Shown: positions 1 to 11,021 of the stretch, one piece after another
Layout of the letters: every line of letters starts with the position of its first letter
How positions within the stretch are numbered: position 1 is the first letter of the stretch
IMG/VR virus record: IMGVR_UViG_2834368228_000004
Span: 1 to 64,000 of that record
Length of the DNA stretch: 64,000 nt
From: a virus
Taxonomy: Duplodnaviria > Caudoviricetes
Strand: one strand, 5' to 3'
Notes under the pieces: generated by a model
The model's database searches: none
What the model was told of the DNA's origin: nothing
The model's input: only the letters and a program-made list of their open reading frames with translations
Program-made: the position numbers and the translations under genes

Positions 1-2
1 AA

Positions 3-1217
3 GTACGCCAAGTGATGGGCTATTCTTTAGAAGATTTTTATGATGAAGAAAAAGGGAATGGAACATGGAGAGAAAAATATCTAGAGTGTGTGGCAAATGA
101 AAGCTTATCACGTAAAACAGTAAATGCTATCGATATTATGAAACGTGTGATGGTATCCCAGCTTGAGACGGGTACACCATTTATGTTTTACCGTGATGAG
201 GTAAATCGTCAAAATGCCAATAACCATCAAGGAATGATTTACTGCTCTAACTTATGTACAGAAATTACGCAAAACCAGTCACCAACACAGTTTGTTGAAG
301 AAATAATTGAAAAACAGAACGAAGAATATCTTGTTCAGAAAACATACAAGCCTGGTGATTATGTAGTTTGTAACTTAAGCTCAATTAACTTAGCAAGAAC
401 AGTTAGCTCTGGTGTCTTAAATAGACTTATTAAAATTCAAGTTCGTATGCTGGATAACGTTATTGATGTAAATAACCTACCTGTTAAGCAGGCAGAGATT
501 ACAAATAAAAAATATCGACCAGTTGGTCTTGGAACATTTGGGTGGCACCACCTGCTTGCGCTAAAAGGTGTTCATTGGGAAACAGAAGAAGCCGTTCAAT
601 ATGCAGATGATCTCTACGAAGAGATTGCCTACCATACTATTAAATCATCCATGGAATTATCTAAAGAAAAAGGTGCATATCCTTTATTTGAAGGAAGCGA
701 TTGGGATACAGGTGAATACTTTGAAAAACGTGGTTATCTAGGAAATAATGAATACACATATGATAGCGAACAAGCAATGATATGGGGAGAATTGCGTGAC
801 GATGTGCAGAAGTATGGTATCCGAAATGCATATTTAATGGCTGTGGCACCAAACTCTACAACATCTATGATTGCTGGTTCTACTGCAAGTGTTGACCCTA
901 TTTTCCAGCCATTCTATAACGAAGAGAAGAAAGATTTTAAAATTCCTACAACTGCACCAGACTTAGACCATCATACGTATGATATTTATAGAAAATCTGC
1001 TTATATTTTAGATCAACGTTGGTCCGTTAGACAGAATGCTGCACGTCAAAAGCATATTGACCAAAGTATTTCATTTAACTTCTATGTGCCGAATACAATT
1101 CGTGCATCGATTTTATTAGATCTTCATTTACAAGCATGGAGAGAAGGACTTAAAACAACCTATTATGTTCGTTCAACTTCAACAGATGTAGAGGAGTGTG
1201 AATGGTGTCAAAGCTAA
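3..1217 (+). CDS. nrdE: Ribonucleotide reductase class I large subunit (5' truncated by window edge)
   Basis: SNLCTEI catalytic loop, VCNLSSIN, AVAPNSTTS, KTTYY and C-terminal CEWC. Confidence 0.95.
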   Translation, partial: VRQVMGYSLEDFYDEEKGNGTWREKYLECVANESLSRKTVNAIDIMKRVMVSQLETGTPFMFYRDEVNRQNANNHQGMIYCSNLCTEITQNQSPTQFVEEIIEKQNEEYLVQKTYKPGDYVVCNLSSINLARTVSSGVLNRLIKIQVRMLDNVIDVNNLPVKQAEITNKKYRPVGLGTFGWHHLLALKGVHWETEEAVQYADDLYEEIAYHTIKSSMELSKEKGAYPLFEGSDWDTGEYFEKRGYLGNNEYTYDSEQAMIWGELRDDVQKYGIRNAYLMAVAPNSTTSMIAGSTASVDPIFQPFYNEEKKDFKIPTTAPDLDHHTYDIYRKSAYILDQRWSVRQNAARQKHIDQSISFNFYVPNTIRASILLDLHLQAWREGLKTTYYVRSTSTDVEECEWCQS

Positions 1218-1675
1218 AAGCAATTATTGCTTACCATTCATATAGCGGGAACACAAAGGAAATAGCTGAGCATATAGAAAAGTATTTGAACAATCAAGCA
1301 GAAGTAATCATGCATCGTATTGGGGTAGACTCCCCAATACAGCGTGATACATTCGACATACTGCTTCTAGGAACGTTTACTTGGGAGTATGGAGAGGTCC
1401 CTGATGAAGTAAAGGACTTTATCCTTGAAGTAGGTTATAAACCAGAGAATGTAGCTATATTTGGCTCTGGAGACACACAGTTTGGTGGAGATGAGATATT
1501 CTGCTTAGCGGTTGATAAGTTAGCAAAATTTTATAATAGTCCCTGGAGCGGATTAAAGATCGAACAATCTCCAAGAGGTGTACAAGAAGATAAGATAGAT
1601 AACTGGATGAAAGAGGTAATAAAAGATGGAAAAATTAACAGTAGCAAAAACATTGGAGCCAACATATCCAAATAA
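1202..1675 (+). CDS. Flavodoxin associated with RNR
   Basis: YHSYSGNTKEIA FMN loop, FGSGD motif; lies between the two RNR subunits. Confidence 0.88.
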   Translation: MVSKLKAIIAYHSYSGNTKEIAEHIEKYLNNQAEVIMHRIGVDSPIQRDTFDILLLGTFTWEYGEVPDEVKDFILEVGYKPENVAIFGSGDTQFGGDEIFCLAVDKLAKFYNSPWSGLKIEQSPRGVQEDKIDNWMKEVIKDGKINSSKNIGANISK

Positions 1676-2663
1676 ATCAACTGGATTATTCGGTGGACAA
1701 TCAAGCGGCATTTTAAACTGGAATGATATTGCATATCCGCATTGGTATAAAATGTACAAGCGGCTTGTAGGGAACTACTGGCAAGCAGATGAGGTAAATA
1801 TGTCTAGTGACGTAAAAGACTTCTTAGGATTGCCCGAAAATGAACGAGAAGCTTACCTGAAGATAATAGGCTTACTATCTACACTTGATGCACCACAAAC
1901 AAGAACTGCGTTGCTTATCTCACTGTACGCAACAGACCCTGCAGTGCAATCTATTATGGCTGTTATCGCCCAGCAAGAAGCAGTACACAATGAAAGCTAT
2001 TCATACGTGTTGTCATCCGTTGTTTCACTGGATGAACAAAACAAATCGTTCCAGCTAGGAAGAGTAGATGAAGTGCTGCTTAAGCGAAATGAAGAAATTA
2101 AAAAGCAATATAACCTATTTGTTGAGTCACCTACAGTTGAAAATATCTTAAAAACATTGGTTTATACTACATTACTTGAAGGCATGTTCTTCTACTCTGG
2201 GTTTGCATTCTTCTACAACCTGGCACGTTACAACAAAATGGTAGGTACATCAACAATGATTAGTTACATTAATCGTGATGAACTGGAACATGGCCGCTTC
2301 ATTTCTGAATTATTCAGAGCAACATTAGCAGAACATCCAGAATTAAATACAGAAGAATTAACACAATGGATTTACAATCACTATGAAAAATCTGTAGAGC
2401 TTGAAATTGAATGGAGCAACTACGTATTAAAAGGAATTGAAGGACTTGACCTAAAAGAGATGAGCGGGTATATCAAGTACCGAGCAAACAAAATGCTACG
2501 CATGCTAGGCCTTAGCGAACTTTATCCAGATTACGTGAAGAATCCAATGAAATGGATTAGAGCTTATGTAGATAATATTGATGGCACAAAGACAGACTTC
2601 TTTGAAAATAAATCAAGACAGTACACAAAGACAAGTGATTTAAACGGTTTTGACGACCTTTAA
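1626..2663 (+). CDS. nrdF: Ribonucleotide reductase small subunit
   Basis: EAVHNESY, LEGMFF and RDELEH metal ligands; KTDFFE C-terminal motif. Confidence 0.95.
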   Translation: MEKLTVAKTLEPTYPNKSTGLFGGQSSGILNWNDIAYPHWYKMYKRLVGNYWQADEVNMSSDVKDFLGLPENEREAYLKIIGLLSTLDAPQTRTALLISLYATDPAVQSIMAVIAQQEAVHNESYSYVLSSVVSLDEQNKSFQLGRVDEVLLKRNEEIKKQYNLFVESPTVENILKTLVYTTLLEGMFFYSGFAFFYNLARYNKMVGTSTMISYINRDELEHGRFISELFRATLAEHPELNTEELTQWIYNHYEKSVELEIEWSNYVLKGIEGLDLKEMSGYIKYRANKMLRMLGLSELYPDYVKNPMKWIRAYVDNIDGTKTDFFENKSRQYTKTSDLNGFDDL

Positions 2664-2677
2664 AAGGAGTGAAAAAC

Positions 2678-3061
2678 ATGGAGTTAGTAAGCGAATATCT
2701 GAAAAGAATAGATCCTCAATCAAAAGATAAAGAAAAGCTTTTTGGTTATATTAATATGTTAATTGAAAAGAAAGACTATAGTGCTGATGAAATAATTAAG
2801 CTAATAAGTAAAGATAATATGCGAAGAAAATTGCTCTCAGAAAAAGAAGATAATTTCTATAGAAGAAGACGAGCTTTTGGACTTGATGTCTCATCTACAT
2901 GGTTTGATGAAACTTCTATGCCTGATCCTCCTCCAACATTACAAAGTAGGGGTGATGTATTCTGGGCTAATGAACTGAGACATGATTGGAGAAATGCTTT
3001 TGTAAGAGAATATTTAGGAGAGTGGGTAGAAGATAATGGAACAAACAGTGACACTAACTGA
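2678..3061 (+). CDS. Hypothetical protein beginning MELVSEYLKR
   Basis: ORF with AGGAGTG RBS before ATG 2678. Confidence 0.6.
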   Translation: MELVSEYLKRIDPQSKDKEKLFGYINMLIEKKDYSADEIIKLISKDNMRRKLLSEKEDNFYRRRRAFGLDVSSTWFDETSMPDPPPTLQSRGDVFWANELRHDWRNAFVREYLGEWVEDNGTNSDTN

Positions 3062-3776
3062 CCTATATGAATTTAAAAGATGTTCTCTCCGATTCAAGCT
3101 AACAAAAGTAGATAAAGTTACATCTGTCATGAATGCAAAAGATGGTTTACATGAAGCATTGCATAGCACGATTAATTATTTTTATTATGCAATGCTTGAT
3201 GGTAAATTTTTAAGTATGAATGATTTGAAGGAAAAGTTCTCAAACATTTGGTATGGAGAAATGGATTTATATGATATTAAATTGAATGGAAATCAAGAAA
3301 AACGTAAAAAAGAGTTGGAAGCCATTGAAATGCTCCAAACTCTTCATCGGAAAGAACAACGAAACAAAGATGAAATTGTAGCGGTTAATCTTGATTTTCG
3401 GGTTCCTTTTGGAAAGGAATTAACAGTGATGGATAAAATACCCCTCATTCGTAAGACAAGCAGAGGACATGAAATTGTTAACATTAAAACAGGCAAGCAA
3501 AAGTACGATGAGTTTTGGCAGCGCACTGATATGGGAATAACCTTGCAAGCGTTAGCTTTTGAAGGAATCTTTAAGAAGCAAGCAGATACAATACGTATTG
3601 AAAATATACGTAGAGGAGATAGCACCTTTTTAGAAAGAAAAAGAAGTGACTATCAACGCCTTTATAAATCTGTCAGGATGATGCAGAAGGCAATGCAAGA
3701 AGGCTGGTTTTACCCTAATGAAAGTTTTATGTGTAATTCATGTCCAGTTAAAAATATTTGTATGGAGTGGAGATAA
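3036..3776 (+). CDS. PD-(D/E)XK nuclease superfamily protein (AddB/Cas4-like, catalytic motif looks degenerate)
   Basis: N-terminal Cys plus C-terminal CxxCxxxxxC; VNIKTG and QALAF motifs. Confidence 0.7.
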   Translation: MEQTVTLTDLYEFKRCSLRFKLTKVDKVTSVMNAKDGLHEALHSTINYFYYAMLDGKFLSMNDLKEKFSNIWYGEMDLYDIKLNGNQEKRKKELEAIEMLQTLHRKEQRNKDEIVAVNLDFRVPFGKELTVMDKIPLIRKTSRGHEIVNIKTGKQKYDEFWQRTDMGITLQALAFEGIFKKQADTIRIENIRRGDSTFLERKRSDYQRLYKSVRMMQKAMQEGWFYPNESFMCNSCPVKNICMEWR

Positions 3777-3948
3777 ATATGAATATGAAAAAGCTGTTTA
3801 AAAAATTTGAAGCAAACTATGATATGGAAAATCTAACGGAAGCAGAAATGATAAGTATCATTCAGAATCCTAATGCTTTCAGCAGAAAAAAAGTTACCCA
3901 GCAAAAACCAAAAACTAAAAAGCGACACAAGCGAAACAGGAGAAAATA

Positions 3949-4362
3949 ATGCGCAAATCATGGGATAAATACTTTATGGATCAAGCTAAATTAGTAAATG
4001 AAAGAGCTACTTGCGATAGACTTCATGTTGGTTGTGTATTTGTAAAAGATAATCGTATGATTGCTGCAGGATATAATGGGTCAATCAGCGGTCATGAGCA
4101 TTGTGATGAGGTTGGCCATCTCATGTATGAAGGTGGATGTAAGAGAACAATACATGCAGAGATGAATACGCTTCTTCAATGCGCAAAATATGGCGTGTCC
4201 AGCGATGGAGCAACTGCATATGTAACAGATCAACCATGCCCGGATTGTACAAAGTCATTAAACCAAGCTGGCATTAAACGAATTGTTTATGCCAATGCAT
4301 ATGAACACAGGTATGAAAATAAGTTTGATGATGGAATGATTGTAGAACAACTATCGTATTAG
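3949..4362 (+). CDS. dCMP deaminase (ComEB-like)
   Basis: HAEMN and PCPDC zinc motifs, AGYNG. Confidence 0.93.
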   Translation: MRKSWDKYFMDQAKLVNERATCDRLHVGCVFVKDNRMIAAGYNGSISGHEHCDEVGHLMYEGGCKRTIHAEMNTLLQCAKYGVSSDGATAYVTDQPCPDCTKSLNQAGIKRIVYANAYEHRYENKFDDGMIVEQLSY

Positions 4363-4629
4363 AGCGTATAGAACTAAAATTAAACTAGAAACCTTACTTA
4401 GATGTATATAGAACAGAAAAGATAAAAAAATCTCGCAGAATCTCAAGATTCTGCTTTCTTTTTCCACTTTTTATGATATACTATGGTTAATGAAATGCAT
4501 TACATTTATAGAAGAGGTGATTTAAAATGGATTTTAAACAGCCTAATTTAATTGAAATAGTTGAGGATGAAGGCAAAGGAATTACAACAATTCTTACTGA
4601 AAAAGGGAAAGAAAAGGAGAATGTTGAAA

Positions 4630-5106
4630 ATGGAAGCAACAAAGCAGATTCAAAAAAGGATGAATAGAATTGGTTCTAAAAAGAACTATGTTGTTGAAAG
4701 TCATCTTAATGATAAAAAGAAAAATCAAGATTTAGTTCAAGTTAAAAAGAGCTCCGAAGGTGGAACAGAAGTAATCAATCTCATCTTGGAGCCAGACAAA
4801 TATGAAGAGTTAAGCATGAAAACACGCTTAACCTTTGATGAGTTTTGTGACTGCATTAATACTTTTATTGGTTCAGAAGAAGATGATTGGGATTCCCTTC
4901 GAATGAAAGATCAAATTAATTTAAGTCGTGATGAAATCATTGCAGAAACAATGATCAAATATGCCAAAGAAGAACTGAAAATTGATACGGATAAGGCTAC
5001 TGGGAGAGAGATTAGCTATGCTAAATCCTATGATGAACAAGGGGTATATGCTGGCGAAATCATAACTGTGTCTCTTACAAACATGAATCAATTTGGGGTA
5101 TATTAA
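4630..5106 (+). CDS. Hypothetical protein
   Basis: ORF with AAGGAG upstream; start uncertain. Confidence 0.55.
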   Translation: MEATKQIQKRMNRIGSKKNYVVESHLNDKKKNQDLVQVKKSSEGGTEVINLILEPDKYEELSMKTRLTFDEFCDCINTFIGSEEDDWDSLRMKDQINLSRDEIIAETMIKYAKEELKIDTDKATGREISYAKSYDEQGVYAGEIITVSLTNMNQFGVY

Positions 5107-5656
5107 TATGAGAGAAGAATTAAGACTACCAATGATGATGTTTGGAAGTTTCAAACAGACTAAAGCTAAGCGTGATGAAAACAACAAGACGATTAAAAAA
5201 CCAAATGGACAATATGTGCTTCAAAAGTATACAAAAGTTCATAATGAAATGGCAGGAGACCCTGGAGTTTTTCCAAGTGTCAATCACATATATCAGCGAA
5301 CCAAAAATGGAAGGCAAAAACTTACTAAGCCTGCTGAAAATTTATTAGAAAAATGGAATTCGTTAGCACAGATTTGGTCCTATAATAATGGCTGGGAGCT
5401 AAGAAGTGACAAGGTTGTCGTTGAGATAACAACATACTTTCCTAACGACAATAAAGAGCGTGACACTCATAATGCGATTAAGTTAATGATGGATGCTTTA
5501 GAAGGAGTTATTTATAAAAAGGACAGCAAAGCGCTCCCACGCATCATGGATTTTCATAAAGTTGAAGATAATGATGCTCCACACTTTATGCTAACTATTT
5601 ACAAGAAGGAAGAAGAATATGAAATTATGCAATCAAGGTATAGAGAAGCTAGTTAA
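5093..5656 (+). CDS. rusA: RusA-family Holliday junction resolvase
   Basis: PSVNH and RDTHNAIKLMMDALEGVIYKKD match the RusA DxxNxxKxxxDaL pattern. Confidence 0.8.
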   Translation: MGYINMREELRLPMMMFGSFKQTKAKRDENNKTIKKPNGQYVLQKYTKVHNEMAGDPGVFPSVNHIYQRTKNGRQKLTKPAENLLEKWNSLAQIWSYNNGWELRSDKVVVEITTYFPNDNKERDTHNAIKLMMDALEGVIYKKDSKALPRIMDFHKVEDNDAPHFMLTIYKKEEEYEIMQSRYREAS

Positions 5657-6383
5657 AGAAATTCATAATGGAAAAGACCCATCAGAACTTGTTGAGCAAT
5701 ACGATAACTTTATTAATAAATATTTACGCATGTTCACACATGGAACCATAGACTTCTCTAATTATGATTTGCGTATGTTCCTTAGCTGCTATATTAAGAA
5801 TGAAACTGATAGAAGAAATTTAAGAAGAGGTAAATATCATTCTAAACAAGATTATGCAAATGCATATGAAGTATTAAACTATTTGCAGCAAGCATTTGAA
5901 GATTACGAGAGTAGAGAAATCTATCATGAATTAGTTATTCCCTTCTTGATTTGCATAAAAAGATACACATTTATGAATAAAAGTTTTAGTAAATATCTTT
6001 ATAGCACTTATAGGTATGAATTGCTTAGACATATTAATAACTTAATCTTCCAACGAGCTAAAGTAACAGAGATGAGTCAGCCTTCTGTTGAATTAGAAAT
6101 CAACATCAAAGAAGAGGAAGAAATGTATTTCGATGATGATTTAAAACTCAATCATCCATATTGGTTAAACGGTAAAGATACACTCGACCCTTTTAACCAA
6201 TTCAGGAGAGAAGAGAGACTTATTTTAGTTAAGTATTACTTAGAGAAGTACACAGACCAAGAAATTGGAAGACTGATTGGAAGAAATAGAAGATCCGTTA
6301 ATCGGTCCAGACTGCGTGTAATTCGAAAACTCGAAGATGATATAAGAGGAGGGCAAGTAAAGTGGAGCAGGTGGATACATTAG
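5619..6383 (+). CDS. Sigma-70-family RNA polymerase sigma factor-like protein
   Basis: Region-2-like IKRYTFMNKSFSKYLY and region-4 HTH EERLILVKYY...TDQEIGRLIG...RVIRKL. Confidence 0.75.
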   Translation: MKLCNQGIEKLVKEIHNGKDPSELVEQYDNFINKYLRMFTHGTIDFSNYDLRMFLSCYIKNETDRRNLRRGKYHSKQDYANAYEVLNYLQQAFEDYESREIYHELVIPFLICIKRYTFMNKSFSKYLYSTYRYELLRHINNLIFQRAKVTEMSQPSVELEINIKEEEEMYFDDDLKLNHPYWLNGKDTLDPFNQFRREERLILVKYYLEKYTDQEIGRLIGRNRRSVNRSRLRVIRKLEDDIRGGQVKWSRWIH

Positions 6384-6589
6384 TTTTATTCACAGAAGAA
6401 AAACCTAAACCAGTGGTTGCTATTCAATTTAATCCAAAAATCAATAAATTCACTAACAAAGAGGGGCATTGTACAGTGGATAATGTGATTTTTTCAACTA
6501 AGTTTTTTGAATCAATTGCTGCTCTTAGCAGAAAAGAATTTGAAAAATATATACCTAAAAAAACTATAGATAAAATATTTAATATTTAA
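6362..6589 (+). CDS. Hypothetical protein
   Basis: ORF with GGAGG RBS, coupled to the upstream gene. Confidence 0.5.
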   Translation: MEQVDTLVLFTEEKPKPVVAIQFNPKINKFTNKEGHCTVDNVIFSTKFFESIAALSRKEFEKYIPKKTIDKIFNI

Positions 6590-6658
6590 TAATCCATAAA
6601 TTCGAAACGGGAAGGTTCTCTATCATACTTAATAATTTATTAAAGGATGTAGAATTAA

Positions 6659-6961
6659 ATGAACTTTATTGATGTAGGATTTTCCAATTATGTAGACGCT
6701 AGCAAAATTATCTTTGTTAGTCAAGTAGACTCAGCTCCAATCAAACGTATGATTAAAAACGCTAAAGAAGAAAATCGCTTTATTGATGTTACACAGGGAA
6801 GAAAAGCTCGTTCAATTATTTATAGCGCTTGTGGAGACGAAATTGTTTTAACGCAAGTAACTGTTTTACCTTCAACTATTGTCAGTCGTATGAAGAAGGT
6901 AAATCCAGCATTTGAAAATTTATTGATGAAATCAGAAGTGGAAAACGAACTTGAGATTTAA
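6659..6961 (+). CDS. remA: RemA-family (DUF370) extracellular matrix/biofilm regulator
   Basis: IDVGFSN...SAPIKRMI...IDVTQGRKARSII closely follows the RemA consensus INIGFGN...SAPIKR...IDATYGRRTRAVI. Confidence 0.88.
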   Translation: MNFIDVGFSNYVDASKIIFVSQVDSAPIKRMIKNAKEENRFIDVTQGRKARSIIYSACGDEIVLTQVTVLPSTIVSRMKKVNPAFENLLMKSEVENELEI

Positions 6962-6983
6962 TGATTGAAGGAGAAGGAAATAT

Positions 6984-9900
6984 ATGGGGGCTATAACTGA
7001 TAATATTGTACATATACATGTTCACTCTGAAGATAGCAAACTAGATGGACTGCCAACAATCAATGACCTGATTAAAAAGGCTAAAGAAATAGGCAGTCCA
7101 GCTCTTGGATTAACAGACCATGGAGTAATGGGAGGAATTGCTAGCTTTATACAAGAATGTAAAAATCAAGGAATAAAACCTCTTCCAGGTATCGAAGCGT
7201 ATCTAGTTAAGAATAGACACCTTCATGGACCTGAACTAGAAAACATTCGCTTATATCTTGGAGATAAATATAAAATTGTTGATAAAAAAGGAAAGTTTAC
7301 TAAAAAACCTTTCAATGAATTTATTAAGAAGATAAAAAAAGATATAAGATGCTTTGAAGAAGAAGCAGAGGAATTACTAAAAGGCTACCTTATGAATGAT
7401 GAAATGGACTTATTTGACCTGCTTGATGGAAGTGTAGATCTAAACCAAAGTACAGAAAGTAAAATAGCTGAATTTAAAGCAGATATCCTCAAATATTTGG
7501 ATTATGCCAGCAATGACCACTTGCTCCTTCTAGCTATGAACGATCAAGGATTGAAGGATTTATATAAAATTAGCAGTGATGCTCACATTAATGGATTCTA
7601 TTCTGATCCAAGAACCGATTTAAAGTTTATTCAACAAAATAATTTAGGTGAAAATATTATTGCTACCTCTGCATGTTTAGGTAGCACACTTGCAAGATAT
7701 GCAATGAATGGCCGAATGAAAGAAGCGGTTCAATTTATTGAAGAGTGCAAAAAAACTTTTCATGCATTCTACTTAGAAAAGCAAGCTGTTGTTAGTAGAG
7801 ATCAAGTTGAATACAACAAGCTTATTGATGAATTAGCAGAGAAGACCAATACACCTAAAGTAATTACAACAGATGTTCATTTTGCCAATAAAGAAGATCA
7901 TGAGTTACACGATATTCTAGTTGCAGGATCAATGAAAAAATGTGTTCTAGATGAAGACCGATACATCTATTCTGAAGACCATTACATGAAAACAGTCGAA
8001 GAAATTAGGAAAAACTTCAGAGACGAAGAAGCTATCGCAAACACACTTAGGATTGCAGACATGGTTGATGTTAGCCTTCCAACTGAGCCACTGTTTCCAC
8101 GTTTCCCGGTTGAGGACGGAGATAGCGTAGAAGAAGTATTGCGCAAAAAGTCTTGGGAAGCATTGTTTCAATACTGCTTGAAGAATCCTGATATTGACTT
8201 TAATAAATATGCGAACCAGTTAAATTATGAGTTGGATGTTATTTGCTCTGAAGGTTTTGCAGATTACTTTCTAATTACAGAGGACTTTATCAATGCCGCT
8301 CAAGCAGAACACTATCTTGTAGGTCCTGGTCGTGGGTCAGCTGCAGGTTCCCTTGTTTGCTTTGTGTTAAATATTACTACGGTAGATCCTTTACAAAATG
8401 GATTGCTCTTTGAGCGCTTCCTAAACCCAGAGCGAGCAGGTTATCCGGATTGAAAATAAACCTTAATATGTTTCCTGAAACACAACTCACTATTCAAAAG
8501 ATTCAGAATCTGATAAAATAAGGGTATAAAACTTTTGAATAGGAGTGAAAAAATGGCTAAAAAATATATTGTAAAATTTCATTGTGAATTTTGTGGAAAA
8601 TCTGTAGAAACATTAAGTTACAGAAAAAATTTAAAGTATTGTTCTTTCAGTTGTAAGTCAAAGAAAACATAATGAGATTTTCTAATGCAATATATAATAA
8701 CGCAACTATATATCTAGAAAGAAAATATAATAGATATTTAAGGTTAAAAGCACAGTCCCTTACATCAGAGATGGTGTAAGCAAACTCTGAATATGCTGGA
8801 AAGCCCTTAGAGCCCTTGTTAGTAGCAGCTACTAGAAATGGTAGTCAGCATCTAAAAATACAAGGGATTGGGTAATCAGCAGAGATAGACCTAAGTGCAT
8901 GAATGCATACGGTAAGCTCTCAACGACTACCAAGGAGCATCTCACTGAGATGATGGTATAGTCTACTCCCCTATAAAAATATCGGGAAACCGAGGGTATA
9001 AAGGGTCGATATTGATATGGGCTATAACGCTTCTCGTTGGACTCAACTTTATTTAAAGCGAAAATATGGTACAGATAAAGTAGCCCAAATCGGTACTGAT
9101 GGAACATTGGCTGCTAGATCAGCAATTAAATTTATTACAGATGCACTTGGATATACTGAGAAAAACAAAAATCTTAAAGATGTATTTGCAGCTGCAGTTC
9201 CAAATGATCCAGGAATTTCACTTACAAAAGCATATGCTCAAAGTGATGAGTTGAAAAAGTATGCGAAACACTATCCAGATATATGGAAAGCAGCATTAGG
9301 TGTGGAAGGACATAAGAGGTCGGTTGGTGTTCATGCATCTGGTATAGTAATATCACCTAAGCCTTTAACAGACATTGTTCCGCTTCGATTAGATAGTGAA
9401 GGATTAGAAACTACAGAGTATGACATGGAATGGATTGAAAAATTCCTTGTAAAATTCGATTTATTAAAACTTGATACGCTTGATTTAATTGAAAGAGCTA
9501 TGAAAAATGCTGGGATATTAGGTAAAGTAAATATCAATGATATTGATTTAAATGACCCCAACATTTATGAAAGAGTGTATCGTACAGATCAGTTAGAAGG
9601 AATCTTCCAGGTTGAATCTGAAGGTATGAGAAATGTTATTAAAGAACTGCAGCCTAACTGTTTTGAAGATATAGGAGTAGTTGTTGCCCTATACAGACCG
9701 GGTCCAATGGATTTAATACCAACTTATATAAATCGTAAGTTTGGTAGAGAGAAAGTTAGTTATCCTTTTGATGAGTTGGAACCAGTATTAAAAGATACTT
9801 ACGGCGTCTGGGTGTACCAGGAGCAAATTATGGAAGCTTCCAGGATACTTGGTGGTTTAACATTAGGACAGGCAGACATGATACGTAAAGGTGTATCCAA

Positions 9901-11017
9901 GAAGAAAGTTAAACTTATGCATCGATGGATTGACTTAATGATTTATGGTTCTGCAGATTACATTCGCATACAGGAAGAAAGAATTCAACAATATCCAGAA
10001 CCATCATCTGTTCCATTAGATGATAACGGAGATCCAACTGTATGGGTAGACCATGATGAGTATAAAAAAGGTTGGAAAGGCATACCCGAAATTGAAGGGG
10101 CTCTTCAACGAGGATTTGATCTCAATAAACTACTTAAACTTAAAGAACAATGGATTAAGTTCGGGGAGTACTGTTTCAACCGTGCACATAGTGCTGCTTA
10201 TGCAAAAATATCAATTCAAACAGCATACTTGAAATGCTATCATCCTACAGAATTTATGGCAGCGCTTCTTAGCATATCTGAAGGAAAGAAAGATAAAAAT
10301 AAAAAATCAAAAAACGTTAACTATATTCCTATTTGTGAGGAAATGGGTATTCAGATTCTTCCTCCAGACATCAATGAATCTAAAAGCGATTGGACACCAA
10401 TCATTGAAATTCAAAGAGATGAGCAAGGAAATGAATTTCAGAAAGGCTATATCAGGTATGGTATTGGAAGCATAGCTGGCGTAAGAAATGCTGCAGTCGA
10501 CAATATTATTATGAATCAACCATATGACAGTGTAGATATGTTAATTGAATCCACTGACAGCAGCAAGGTAAATAAGACTAAGGTTATCAATCTTATAAAA
10601 GCTGGATGTTTTGATTCAATCAATAAAAACCGTAATGCATTACTTAATGAATACGGAAAGCGTATAGGAGAAAATTTAGAAGTAAAAGAAACGACCACCA
10701 AAACAGATATTATCCAGTATGAACGTGAAACACTTGGGATTAGCGTAACCATCAAATCTAGATGGATGACAATACCTGATGGTAAAGCAAACATTCAGTT
10801 TACTGGAATACTTCAAGAGATTGATCCTTTCGTTAGTCAAAAAGGTCAAGAGCATTGTCGCATTAAGATTGAAACAAATGAAGACACTATTTCTGGAATA
10901 ATATTTAATCGCAATTGGATGAATTTAAAAGACCAGCTCATTGTAGGAGCTAAAGTAGTTGTAAAGGGTAAGAAAAACAACGATAGTCTCCAAGTAAATA
11001 GTGTTGCTCAGGGGTGA
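6984..11017 (+). CDS. dnaE: DNA polymerase III alpha subunit, split by a group I intron (exons 6984-8450 and 9005-11017, about 1159 aa)
   Basis: [30 protein letters not shown]; splicing restores PD|VDID in frame; KFDLL and FNRAHSAAY in exon 2. Confidence 0.95.
8451..9004 (+). mobile_element. Group I intron in dnaE (554 nt) with a decayed homing endonuclease in the P1 loop
   Basis: Exon 1 ends in T and intron ends in G; P1 GGAT|TG pairs with CAGTCC; core elements ATGCTGGAAA, AATCAGCAG, TCAACGACTAC, GTATAGTC. Confidence 0.92.
8553..8779 (+). pseudogene. Internally deleted homing endonuclease remnant
   Basis: 39-aa CxxC/CxxxC N-terminal fragment (8553-8672), then out-of-frame [13 protein letters not shown] resembling LAGLIDADG C-termini (8672-8779). 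Confidence 0.7.
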
Positions 11018-11021
11018 AAAA

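Noticed and set aside
3036-3776. Cas4 as evidence of a CRISPR system
   Set aside because: Stand-alone PD-(D/E)XK protein in a nucleotide-metabolism operon; no array or other cas genes.
6984-11017. dnaE pseudogene or split intein
   Set aside because: No intein motifs at the fragment ends; removing the group I intron restores the catalytic motif in frame.
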